From the NCBI GenBank assembly GCA_017445365.1, contig JAFSUH010000017.1:1-42024 (forward strand): a stretch of DNA of 42,024 nt, read 5' to 3'. Below are positions 25,401 through 33,799 of this stretch, piece by piece. The stretch is from Kiritimatiellia bacterium. Lineage in GTDB: Bacteria; Verrucomicrobiota; Kiritimatiellia; CAIQIC01; Lenti-01. The notes under the pieces were generated by a model, which saw nothing but the letters and a program-made list of their open reading frames with translations, ran no database searches and was not told the DNA's origin. Made by a program: the position numbers and the translations under genes. Each line of letters begins with the position of its first letter. The first letter of the stretch is position 1.

Positions 25401-25810
25401 AGTACGCCGCCATCGGCTGGATCGACCCGGCTGCGCCGAAGGACGAAGAGGAACGGGCGATTTTGGCAAGCGATTGGCGGGAAGCGTTCGTCGAACCGGT
25501 TGGCGGCGGGACGCTGTGGCGGGAGAAGGGCTACGAGCGGCTGGCGGACGGGGCATGGGAGACGGGACGCTTCGACCGGGTGGTGTTCGCGGGGGAGGGG
25601 GCGGCGCGGCGGGCGGCGGTGTACGACTTCAAGGGCAACCGGCCGCTGGACGGGGAGACGGCGGAGGAATTCGCCGGACGGATGGCGGAGACCTGCGCGG
25701 GGCAGATGCGTTCGTACCGCGAAGCCGTCGCGCGGCTGGCCGGCATCGGCCGGGACAACGTCCGCGCCGTCCTCCTCCTCGCCGCCACGCGCGCTTGCGT
25801 GGAAATCTGA
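22475..25810 (+). CDS. AddA-like UvrD/REP-family helicase with C-terminal PD-(D/E)XK nuclease
   Basis: Track ORF 22415..25810. I prefer GTG 22475 (VKQNLVIRAAAGTGKTFSLATRF), which overlaps the upstream TGA as GTGA; ATG 22415 remains possible. Walker A AGTGKT. Motif II LDEFQDTSALQW. Motifs VGDLKQSIYTWRGG, TIHRAKGLT and SYVALTRARKS. C-terminal AAVYDFKGN nuclease-like motif. Confidence 0.8.
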   Translation: MKQNLVIRAAAGTGKTFSLATRFLRLMLFQGAKPERILALTFSRAAAQEIYTALLRRLWQAAASDAGAARERGILLADLDEADKAALAARGVDFSAAAFRTLLRRVLDAQHCGTIATLDSFILRIVRNFPLEMGFQRTVGVLDGCGEEKAAADALAALLSGGAPDGAFPGDFFRAVRGGSVRSCAGTVAEAMDGWRAFRLACRGACDDWTASSMRRALGLDPLPAKPTDEAFSAALAGVAGNNKGLFEAFKKHLDAFGPEGRLFGDNKAGEMARFFMAHPEATVFRHETKGGSKRGPQEKVCDCGEAGAAFVRAAVRWMVAGKIEYAVGTVRAKLALVRSAERVYDAATRRQGLLAFGDFTDAVAAKAAGGSTALKLENLQFRFDAAFDHWALDEFQDTSALQWACLESLVRSAAQEGGGRSVMAVGDLKQSIYTWRGGDDTPFLELMGWAEFAPPAGEIRENAVSRRYGRHTVDFINRVFGPENVERVFDPARLEKEGIPEAACRDAVARWCAPECWMDHQADPGRSLPGDFVQVLAVEPPGTGEGNAEDGGGEREEDEERKPSAAMRILAPAVCAFVKDFWEKHEACGSTDTVAILVRTNGDGLALAERLRAMDGAPPVVWEGADGILDSPAVRAVLALLSLAEHPQDSFAWTFSEGLVPLGRLVFPGLGNRAKVSKALAAMLSKLGLARTLKAVVSRIAAAPEGMRPDARSLRRLKALVREGVAYERRAEADEGIAGFREYLALAAGRETSDSPRVVRILTIHRAKGLTIDHVIVPVPESGTRETIVQPAGVAHGAVRLHDAAAGWAVEGIGADEARWNPVLAEAWNRAANENVLDRLRLSYVALTRARKSTHVFVCGTEEKRFGKIQFRDLLFAAFPDGAGEGDGEDAAAAEGSPRVRTLWRAGPEPDFGRAEERAPEEDAGWVHADGAARVVRRSPSADQTGAGKRRGIPASSLFARGETAAERGTELHAKYAAIGWIDPAAPKDEEERAILASDWREAFVEPVGGGTLWREKGYERLADGAWETGRFDRVVFAGEGAARRAAVYDFKGNRPLDGETAEEFAGRMAETCAGQMRSYREAVARLAGIGRDNVRAVLLLAATRACVEI

Positions 25811-25868
25811 TTTTGCTTGACACGTGAGCAGCGGGGGACGCCGCGCCCGCCCCGTTCCGTCCGCCGCT

Positions 25869-28046
25869 TCAGCGGACGGTTTCCTCCGCGAGGGCGGAAA
25901 GAATGGCCGGCGTGCATTCCCAGCCGCCCGCCAGCCATTCCTCCGGCGTGCGCCGCCCGTCGCGGGAAACCAGTTCCGCCGCGGGGCCGCCGCCCCATTC
26001 CGGCAGCCAGTGCTTTTCCCGCGCGTACGCCCCCGCCGGGTGCGTGGGCAGGTCCGAGAGCATCCGGTAGGCCTCGTTCGCCGCGGCCTCGTCCGCGTGG
26101 ACGAAGGTGCCCGCGAGGATCAGCGCGCCCGCCTTCACCCCTTCGCCGGCCGCCATCGCCGCCGCCCGCCGCGCCGTTTCCGCCGCGCGCTTCCGCCAAT
26201 GCCAGCGCGTGTCCGGGAAGCGTTCCCGGTCGTGGATCCGCCACCACGGGAGGCGCACGGAATCGAAGGAAACGCCGCTGCATCCGTACTGGCCCGCCTC
26301 CACGGCGACGTCCGGCTCCAGTTCCGTCCCGTAGAGCTCCATCCCCGCGGCCCGCTCGATGCGCGCGAGGTCGACGAACGCCGCCGCGCGTTTGTCCGGA
26401 TCCGTTTCCGCGTAGGCCCGTTTGGCGGTCGCCTGCCGCACCTTCCACATCGCGAGGGGCTTTTCCGCATGCTCCCGCCGCACTTCGGATTGCCACCCGG
26501 CGAACTCCCCGCCGTGCGCCGCGAGCGCCTTGCGGGTCTCCTCCGCCGCGCGGGCGAACCATTCCCCCGCCTCGTCCGGCTTGCCGAGGCGCATGTACCG
26601 GCGCGCGAGCAGGTTCTCCAGCCTTCCCGCGAAGTCGGGGTCGTTCCCGCGTTCCGCCAGCGCGGCTTCGATGTCCGGCAGGCAGGCGGCGAGCTCCCCG
26701 GCGGAAAGGCACCGCTCGGCCACGAAGGCCGCGTCGAGCCACGAGGAGGCGTCGCCCGCGAAAACGCCGAGCGCTTCGACGAAATCGCCTTCTTCCACGC
26801 AGACCGTCCCGAGGATGCCCGCGACGTACCGCGGCCAGGCGAGCCCTTCGTCCGGGACCTCGCGCGGATCGAGCCCCTCGCCGGTGACGGCGAAGTCGCA
26901 CCACGCGTCGCCGCCGCTTTCGCGGAAGACCTCGAGCCACCGGCGCAGGAGGTCCGCCGCGATCCGCCGCTCGCCGTCCATCCGCGCGAAGCGGGCTTCG
27001 AGGAAGAGGCGGAGGAGCGAGTCGGCCGGGGCGTAGCGCAGGAGGGCGCGGGCCGTGCCGAAATCGCCGCGGGCGAAGGCGCGGTAGGCCGCGCGATCGG
27101 CGGAGAGGAGGGGGCTTTCCTCCGGTACGTCCCGCGGGGAGGGGTCGTCCAGCCCGTCGTCGAGGATGCAGAGGATTTCGCGGCCGACGGGGTCGGCGGA
27201 AAGCGCCGCCCCCAGGCGCCGGTTCCGGTCGCGCCAGGACGCGCGGCGCCAGACCGCGAACTCGTCGGCCACCCGCCCGAGGAGGGCGCGCTCGCGTTCG
27301 GCCAGGCCCGTGGCCCGTTCGAAGGCGTGCGGGATTTCGAGCATGCCGTGGACGTCGAGCAGGGGCTTGGCGGAGGGGCGGTGCGGCGTGTCGCCGTAGG
27401 CGGCGAGGAAGAGCGGCAGCCAGCGCAGGCCGAGGTCGGAATCGCGCAGGAGAAGGCGGCGGAGGATGGCCGCTTCGAGCCCGCAGGTGTCGGTGAACCC
27501 GGCGTCGCAGGCCGCGCGCAGGGCGTGGAGCCGGCTGTCGGCGGCGGCGAAGTCCTCCGCCGCGAGAACCTGCCCGTGGAGGACCCAGACCGTGCGTTCC
27601 TTGCGGTCGGCTTCGGGGAGGGCGAGGAGTTCCCGCCACGCGGGCGGGGAGGAAAGGGTGGCGTCGGCGAGGAGCTGCGCGCGGCCGAGGGCGTAGAGGT
27701 AGAACTGCCGCGCGTAGTCCGGCCAGGCGGCGCGTTCCCAGCCTTCGGCGGCCGAGCGGTAGCGCTCGTAGTCGCCGGCGGGGTCGGCGGTTCCGGCGCG
27801 GGCGGCGGCCGCGGCGAAATCGAGGGCGTGGGCTTCGGAAGAAGTGATGTCGTTGCCGCGCGGGGCGGTGCCGGCCCAGTCCGGGTAGAAATGGCGGCCG
27901 ACGAGCCAGAGTTCGCCGAGGACGGTTTCGGAGAGGACGCCGATTTCCTCGCCGGAGAAGAAACAGAGGGGCACGCCGGGGCCGCAGGCGGTGGCGGAGA
28001 GGGCGGAAACGGCGAGGGAAGCGGCGAAAAGGACGGATTTTTTCAT
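25869..28046 (-). CDS. Hypothetical secreted protein or lipoprotein, 725 aa, helical-repeat rich
   Basis: In-frame ATG 28046-28044 inside track ORF 25869..28289. The signal peptide MKKSVLFAASLAVSALSATACGPG may be a lipobox ending in Cys. Composition is normal, in contrast to the Arg-rich overlapping plus-strand ORF 25824..28553. I recognise no domain. Confidence 0.65.
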   Translation of the reverse strand: MKKSVLFAASLAVSALSATACGPGVPLCFFSGEEIGVLSETVLGELWLVGRHFYPDWAGTAPRGNDITSSEAHALDFAAAAARAGTADPAGDYERYRSAAEGWERAAWPDYARQFYLYALGRAQLLADATLSSPPAWRELLALPEADRKERTVWVLHGQVLAAEDFAAADSRLHALRAACDAGFTDTCGLEAAILRRLLLRDSDLGLRWLPLFLAAYGDTPHRPSAKPLLDVHGMLEIPHAFERATGLAERERALLGRVADEFAVWRRASWRDRNRRLGAALSADPVGREILCILDDGLDDPSPRDVPEESPLLSADRAAYRAFARGDFGTARALLRYAPADSLLRLFLEARFARMDGERRIAADLLRRWLEVFRESGGDAWCDFAVTGEGLDPREVPDEGLAWPRYVAGILGTVCVEEGDFVEALGVFAGDASSWLDAAFVAERCLSAGELAACLPDIEAALAERGNDPDFAGRLENLLARRYMRLGKPDEAGEWFARAAEETRKALAAHGGEFAGWQSEVRREHAEKPLAMWKVRQATAKRAYAETDPDKRAAAFVDLARIERAAGMELYGTELEPDVAVEAGQYGCSGVSFDSVRLPWWRIHDRERFPDTRWHWRKRAAETARRAAAMAAGEGVKAGALILAGTFVHADEAAANEAYRMLSDLPTHPAGAYAREKHWLPEWGGGPAAELVSRDGRRTPEEWLAGGWECTPAILSALAEETVR

Positions 28047-28172
28047 GGAAAAGGGGGAAGGAGGGGGAAAGGGGACGGGGAAACGTGCTTCCCATTTTCC
28101 CCGTTTCCCGCCCCCGGCGCGAGAGGAAAATGCGGGGCGGGAACGGAAAACGGAAAGGGGCGGGCGGGGGCG

Positions 28173-28409
28173 GGCGCCCTGGCGGGGGGATTTCGGCGGA
28201 CAGGGAGCCCCGGGCGGCGGCGGGATTTCGGCAGACCGGTTGACCGGAAGACCGGATGGAACCCGCGGGGTTCCCAAAGGGAATGGCAAGCGCGTGCTTT
28301 TCCCTTTGGGAATTCATTTGTCACAACCCGGTCTTCCGGTCTTCCGGTTTGCCGGTCAACCGAAAACGTCCGACGCAAGCGGGGCGGCCATCCCTCCCGC
28401 GCCAGCGGC
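28173..28409. repeat. GC-rich mosaic repeat, unit 3 (modules W-Z-Y)
   Basis: It matches 18994-19259. It contains a perfect 13-bp-stem hairpin ttcccaaagggaa/ttccctttgggaa (28271-28283 with 28300-28312, 16-nt loop). The Y module is truncated at gccagcggc (28409) and abuts an AT-rich palindrome pair. Confidence 0.88.
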
Positions 28410-28418
28410 TTCCTCCCG

Positions 28419-28470
28419 TTTTGCCAATGCTTGGCAAAAACGGGGCGAATTTGCCAAACATTGGCAAAAT
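28419..28470. repeat. AT-rich double palindrome (REP/BIME-like pair)
   Basis: ttttgccaatgcttggcaaaa (28419-28439), spacer acggggcga, then atttgccaaacattggcaaaat (28449-28470). It lies 79 nt downstream of the fabF stop on the minus strand. Confidence 0.88.
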
Positions 28471-28489
28471 CAAGAAAAATCGCCTGCAT

Positions 28490-28549
28490 GCGGAAGCGGC
28501 GCTACCCGGCGAAGCCGTGGAAGCGCCGCAAGCAACGTGCCTCCGGCAC

Positions 28550-28551
<2 letters not shown>
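28490..28551. repeat. GC-rich repeat module V, second copy
   Basis: It matches 12924-12989. Its right end (ggcacct) runs into the fabF stop codon at 28550-28552. Confidence 0.75.
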
Positions 28552-29794
<1,243 letters not shown>

Positions 29795-29868
29795 GGTGGT
29801 TCCTGGGTAACGGGACGGGGGAACCATACGGCATCCCCCCGCCGAAGGGCAAGCGCGCTTCGCCGCGG

Positions 29869-31389
29869 CTAGACGCGGACGGCGACCGCTTCGAACCCGG
29901 CGAGTTCGTTCTTTTCCGGCACCGGATCGAGCAGCGCCTTGCCGGAACGGAAGCGGGCGAGCGGGACTTTCGCGGGCTTGTCGGAGAGGTTGACCGCGAA
30001 GAGGATTTTCTCCTTGCCGAGGCTCCGCTCGAACGCGAACACGCTCTTCGCGTTTTCCGGCGCCTTTTCGGCGAGGGCGAGCGGCTTGTACGCCCCGGCG
30101 GAAAGCACCGGGTTTTTCGCGCGCAGGAGGAAAAGGCGCCGGAAGAAGCGGTACCACGCCTTGCGGGCGGCCGGGCCGCGCGCGAAGACGTTGCCCTCGA
30201 ACTCCACGCCTTCGCGCCGCCACTCGCGCCCGTCGGCCGCGACGACGCGCGGCCCCTTGTCGCACGCCGAGCAGCGCGCGTGGATGGACGGGCGGTTGAG
30301 CGCGCCGAACTCCTCGCCCGAGAGGACGAAGGGAATCGTGCGCGGCGCGAAGAACGCGAGCGCCATCATCGCCTTGACCGCGCCGCTTCCGAAGCGGGCG
30401 AGGCCGCGGCCCTCGTCGTGGTTGTCCACGTAGCGCGCGGTGAGGTGGCCGGGGCCGATGTCGCGGGCGGCGGCTTCGTAGTGCGCGAACATTTCGCGCG
30501 CCGCGGCCGCGGGGCCGCCGGAGCGCCACGCTTCGAGGAGCGGCCGGAAGTCGCCGTTGCCTTCCGCGTCGGCGGAGAGGGCGAGGCGGCTTTCGCCGGT
30601 GGCCTCGTCGGTCGCGTACGCGTACTGCGAGAACTTGTAGAAGTCGTCGTCGTAGGCGGCGGTCATGCCGCGGCGGAAGAGGTCGCAGTTGTTGCCGAAG
30701 CCGTAGCACTCCGCGAGGAAGAGGAGCGGGCGGGACGGGTGGCGGCGGCGGAGTTCCGCGAGGGCCTCGTCCCAGAAGGAGCGGTCGTTGATGAAGTGCG
30801 CCATGTCGAAGCGGTAGCCGTCGATGCCGTCGCCCTTGCCGAGGAACGACAGCCATCCGTCGAGGGTTTCGACCATCGCGCGGCGGAAGGCGGGGTTGGT
30901 GTAATCGAGCTTGGCGGTGTCGGACCAGTCGCAGTCGAAGAAGGCGCTGCCGTCGGGGTTGCGGACGTAGTAATCGGGGTGTTGCGACATCCAGACGTGG
31001 TCGCGCGCGGTGTGGTTCGGCGTGATGTCGAAGAGGACCTTGAGGGAGAGCCTGTGCGCGGCGCGGACGAGGGCGGCCATTTCCGCGCGCGTGCCGTATT
31101 CCGGCTCGATGCGCGAGAAGTCGCGCGAGGCGTAGGGCGAGCCGATGCCCTTGCGGCCGAGTTGCCCGATGGGGTACGGGGGCAGAAGGTAGAGCGTGTT
31201 GAACCCGAGGCGGGCGATGCGCGGGAGGTTGCCCGCGAGATACGCGAGCGGGGAGGGGCGCGCCTCGCCGTCGTCGAGGGCCTCGACGGGGTTGCGCGGT
31301 TCGCGCGCGGCGAAGGAGCGGAGGTTGACCTGGTAGATCGTGGCGTTTTCGGGCCAGGACGCGGCGGCGGGGGAGGGGGAAGGTTTCAT
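29869..31389 (-). CDS. Alpha-amylase-family glycoside hydrolase (GH13)
   Basis: In-frame ATG 31389-31387 (MKPSPSPAAASWPENATIYQVNLRSF) in track ORF 29869..31494. GH13 conserved regions are VLFDITPNHTA (I), IDGYRFDMAHF (II), FLAECYG (III) and YVDNHDE (IV). No signal peptide is evident. Confidence 0.85.
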   Translation of the reverse strand: MKPSPSPAAASWPENATIYQVNLRSFAAREPRNPVEALDDGEARPSPLAYLAGNLPRIARLGFNTLYLLPPYPIGQLGRKGIGSPYASRDFSRIEPEYGTRAEMAALVRAAHRLSLKVLFDITPNHTARDHVWMSQHPDYYVRNPDGSAFFDCDWSDTAKLDYTNPAFRRAMVETLDGWLSFLGKGDGIDGYRFDMAHFINDRSFWDEALAELRRRHPSRPLLFLAECYGFGNNCDLFRRGMTAAYDDDFYKFSQYAYATDEATGESRLALSADAEGNGDFRPLLEAWRSGGPAAAAREMFAHYEAAARDIGPGHLTARYVDNHDEGRGLARFGSGAVKAMMALAFFAPRTIPFVLSGEEFGALNRPSIHARCSACDKGPRVVAADGREWRREGVEFEGNVFARGPAARKAWYRFFRRLFLLRAKNPVLSAGAYKPLALAEKAPENAKSVFAFERSLGKEKILFAVNLSDKPAKVPLARFRSGKALLDPVPEKNELAGFEAVAVRV

Positions 31390-31446
31390 GGGGGCATTGT
31401 GCCGCGCGGGGGGCGGGGAGGGAAAGCAAAACCGTCGGGGCGGGGA

Positions 31447-31477
31447 CAAAAAAACAGGTGCCCGGAAAAGGCACCTG
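31447..31477 (-). terminator. Rho-independent terminator downstream of tRNA-Lys
   Basis: The minus strand reads caggtgcc-ttttccg-ggcacctg followed by ttttttt. The 8-bp stem is 31455-31462 with 31470-31477. The U-tract is the run of A at 31448-31454 on the plus strand. Confidence 0.65.
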
Positions 31478-31501
31478 AACAAAACCCAAAACAAGAAAAA
31501 C

Positions 31502-31577
31502 TGGTAGAGGCTGAGGGGCTCGAACCCACGACCCGCTGATTAAGAGTCAGCTGCTCTTCCAACTGAGCTAAGCCTCC
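31502..31577 (-). tRNA. tRNA-Lys (anticodon CTT), CCA encoded
   Basis: The minus strand reads GGAGGCT-TA-GCTC-AGTTGGAA-GAGC-A-GCTGA-CTCTTAA-TCAGC-GGGTC-GTGGG-TTCGAGC-CCCTC-AGCCTCT-ACCA. It folds as a full cloverleaf of 76 nt. The anticodon loop CT-CTT-AA gives CTT. There is a G1-U72 wobble and one U-U mismatch in the T stem. Confidence 0.9.
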
Positions 31578-31677
31578 ACCAACGGGCGCGGACCATATTC
31601 CTTTCCCCTGGCCCGTGCAAGCCTAAAGTTGGCGCCTCCGGAAGAGGGTTTCGAGCCGCGGCTTTCCCCTTCCTCAA

Positions 31678-31728
31678 TTTTGCCGATGTTCGGCAAAAAC
31701 GGGGCGGATTTGCCAAACATCGGCAAAT
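31678..31728. repeat. AT-rich double palindrome (REP/BIME-like pair)
   Basis: ttttgccgatgttcggcaaaa (31678-31698), spacer acggggcgg, then atttgccaaacatcggcaaat (31708-31728). It lies 81 nt downstream of the dnaN stop. Confidence 0.85.
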
Positions 31729-31809
31729 CCCGCGGAAGCGCGCGCGATGGATCCGCGCCAAAAGGAAACGGCCGCGGAAGCGGCCGTTTCGCGGAGCTTG
31801 GGAAGCTTT

Positions 31810-32904
31810 CTACATGCGGATGGGCATGAGGACGTAGACGAAGTTGACCGAGGTGCGGATGACGCCGGGGGAGACGTCGTCCATGACGTCGAGGCTCAAT
31901 TCGTCCGTCGAAAGGTTCTTCACCGGCTCCATCAGGTACGTCGAATTGAAGGAAATCGCGATGGGGTCGCCCGCGTACTTCACCGCGAGCGTTTCCTGCC
32001 CTTCGCTGACGCCTTCCGCCGCGATGCTCATCTTCAGGCGGTCTTCCGAAAGCTCCAGCTTCACCACCGCGCTCGCGTCCACCGACGCCGCGTTCAGGCG
32101 CTTGAGCGCCGTCAGGAACGGCTCGCGGTCCAGCGTCACGCGCGAGCCTTCGGACTGCGGGATCACCTGCCGGTAGTTCGGGAACTGCTTCTGGACGAGC
32201 GTCGTGAAAACCGTCGTGCCCGAGAACGCGAACGCCGCTTGCGCCGCCGTGGCCTTGACCTCGACGGTGCCGCCGTCCCCCAGCATCCGCTGGATTTCGC
32301 CGACGGCCTTCAGCGGAATGACGAGGTCGCCTTCCGCGGCCGAATCGACATCCGCTTCCTGCTCGACCATCGCGAGGCGCCGCGAGTCCGTCGCCACCGC
32401 GGTCATCTTGCCGGCGCGGAAGCTCAAAAGCACCGCGTTCAACATCGTGCGGGTGACGTCGTTGGAGGCCGCGTAGCTGGTCAGGCGCAGCATTTCGCGG
32501 AGTTTCGCCTGGTCGAGGACGCGCGAGCTCGCGCCTTCGGACATGTCCGGCAGCTTCGGGAAGTCCGCCGCGGAGATGCCGTACACGCGGTAGCTGCCGG
32601 TGGAGGTGCCGAAGCTGGCGATGTCGTTTTCGTCCACGGAGAGGTCCACGCTGTCGTCGGAGAGCTCGTGGAAGAGGCTTGCGATGCGCTTGACCGGGAG
32701 GGTCGTCGCGCCCGGCTCGACCACTTCGGCCTCGATGGCGGTGCGCACGGTGATGGCGCTGTCGGAGCCGGTGAGGGTCAGGGTGCCGCCGTCGGCCTCG
32801 AAGAGGGCGTTGGCGAGCACGGGGAGCGTCGGGCGGGCGGGGATGACGGCGGAGACCTTCTGCATGGCGGCGAGAAGGGCGTCGCGGGAAATCTTGATTT
32901 TCAT
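31810..32904 (-). CDS. dnaN: DNA polymerase III beta sliding clamp
   Basis: Track ORF, 364 aa. MKIKISRDALLAAMQKVSAVIPARPTLPVLANALFEA..GTLTLTGSD and ATDSRRLAM are canonical DnaN features. Confidence 0.93.
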   Translation of the reverse strand: MKIKISRDALLAAMQKVSAVIPARPTLPVLANALFEADGGTLTLTGSDSAITVRTAIEAEVVEPGATTLPVKRIASLFHELSDDSVDLSVDENDIASFGTSTGSYRVYGISAADFPKLPDMSEGASSRVLDQAKLREMLRLTSYAASNDVTRTMLNAVLLSFRAGKMTAVATDSRRLAMVEQEADVDSAAEGDLVIPLKAVGEIQRMLGDGGTVEVKATAAQAAFAFSGTTVFTTLVQKQFPNYRQVIPQSEGSRVTLDREPFLTALKRLNAASVDASAVVKLELSEDRLKMSIAAEGVSEGQETLAVKYAGDPIAISFNSTYLMEPVKNLSTDELSLDVMDDVSPGVIRTSVNFVYVLMPIRM

Positions 32905-32928
32905 CGTTCGGCCTTCCGGGGAAAGGGG

Positions 32929-33570
32929 CTAGAGGAGGGCCTTGAAGCCGATCCGGCCGTAGGCGCCGTCGAAGGTGGCGTCGCAGGCGTCGCGGCCGCC
33001 GATTTCGGTGTCGCACTTCATGAGGTTGCCCTGGTAGCCGACGGTGAAGGTCATGTAGGCGTGCTCGCTCATGAGGAACTCGAGGGAGAGGCCGAGGTTG
33101 CCGAGGATGCCGTTGTCGATTTCGACGTCCTCGCGCTTGCCCTTGTCGGCGTTCCAGAGGTCGATGTCCTCGTTGACGAAGAGGTATTTCGCGCCGGCTT
33201 CGGCGACGAGGTTCCAGTTGTCCCATTCGATGACGGCGAAGTAGAGGTTGAGTCCGAGGGGGATCACGAGGGCGTCGCCGTCGTACTTCGAGTACCCGTG
33301 CCACTTGAACGGGTTGCCCGCGTGCTTGTCGACCTGCCAGCTCTGGACGCCGACGCTCGCGCCGATGCCCCAAGGGAGGCCTTCGAACCATTCGCGGTAG
33401 GAGAGTTCGGTGCCGGCGCCGTAGCTGAACAGGTCGAAGTCGCCGGTACCGGCCCAGATGCCGACGGCGGCGACGTCGACTTCGCCGCTGTCGTCGCCGA
33501 GGAGGCCGGCGGAGGCGGTGAGGGAGAAAACGCAGGAGAGCGCGAGGAGGATGGGAAGCAGTTTTTTCAT
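32929..33570 (-). CDS. Small outer-membrane beta-barrel protein (OmpW/porin-like), signal peptide
   Basis: Track ORF, 213 aa. Signal peptide MKKLLPILLALSCVFSLTASA. Alternating hydrophobic beta-strand pattern. Aromatic-rich C-terminus ...YGRIGFKALL. The stop lies 24 nt before the dnaN ATG. Confidence 0.65.
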   Translation of the reverse strand: MKKLLPILLALSCVFSLTASAGLLGDDSGEVDVAAVGIWAGTGDFDLFSYGAGTELSYREWFEGLPWGIGASVGVQSWQVDKHAGNPFKWHGYSKYDGDALVIPLGLNLYFAVIEWDNWNLVAEAGAKYLFVNEDIDLWNADKGKREDVEIDNGILGNLGLSLEFLMSEHAYMTFTVGYQGNLMKCDTEIGGRDACDATFDGAYGRIGFKALL

Positions 33571-33735
33571 GGGTACTCCGTGGTGGGGCGGGGGCGGGGG
33601 CCACCGCCAAGCAATCCGCCAATCCTAGGCGAACGGGCGGCGGGAGGCGAGAGGAAAGTGCTGCCCAGGGAGTGAAAAGTGAAGAGGGAAAGTGAAAAGT
33701 TTCGGACGCGCGGCTTGTGCCGCGCGGTTTGGGCA

Positions 33736-33785
33736 TTTTGCCAATGGTTGGCCAAAATCAGGCAAATTTGCCAAACATTGGCAAA
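33736..33785. repeat. AT-rich double palindrome (REP/BIME-like pair)
   Basis: ttttgccaatggttggccaaaa (33736-33757), spacer tcaggcaa, then atttgccaaacattggcaaaa (about 33766-33785). It lies 14 nt downstream of the cytX stop. Confidence 0.85.
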
Positions 33786-33799
33786 ACGGCGGGGCGCGG

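Noticed and set aside
28431-28455. Sigma-54 promoter reading of TTGGCA...TTGC within the palindrome pairs
   Set aside because: The canonical -24/-12 element is TGGCAC-N5-TTGC. Here the GG and GC dinucleotides are about 20 nt apart, and the sequence is explained fully by the two palindromes.
31502-31577. tRNA-Lys as an integration site for a mobile element
   Set aside because: I saw no integrase, no direct repeat of the tRNA 3' end and no compositional shift on either side. The flanking genes (GH13, dnaN) are ordinary.
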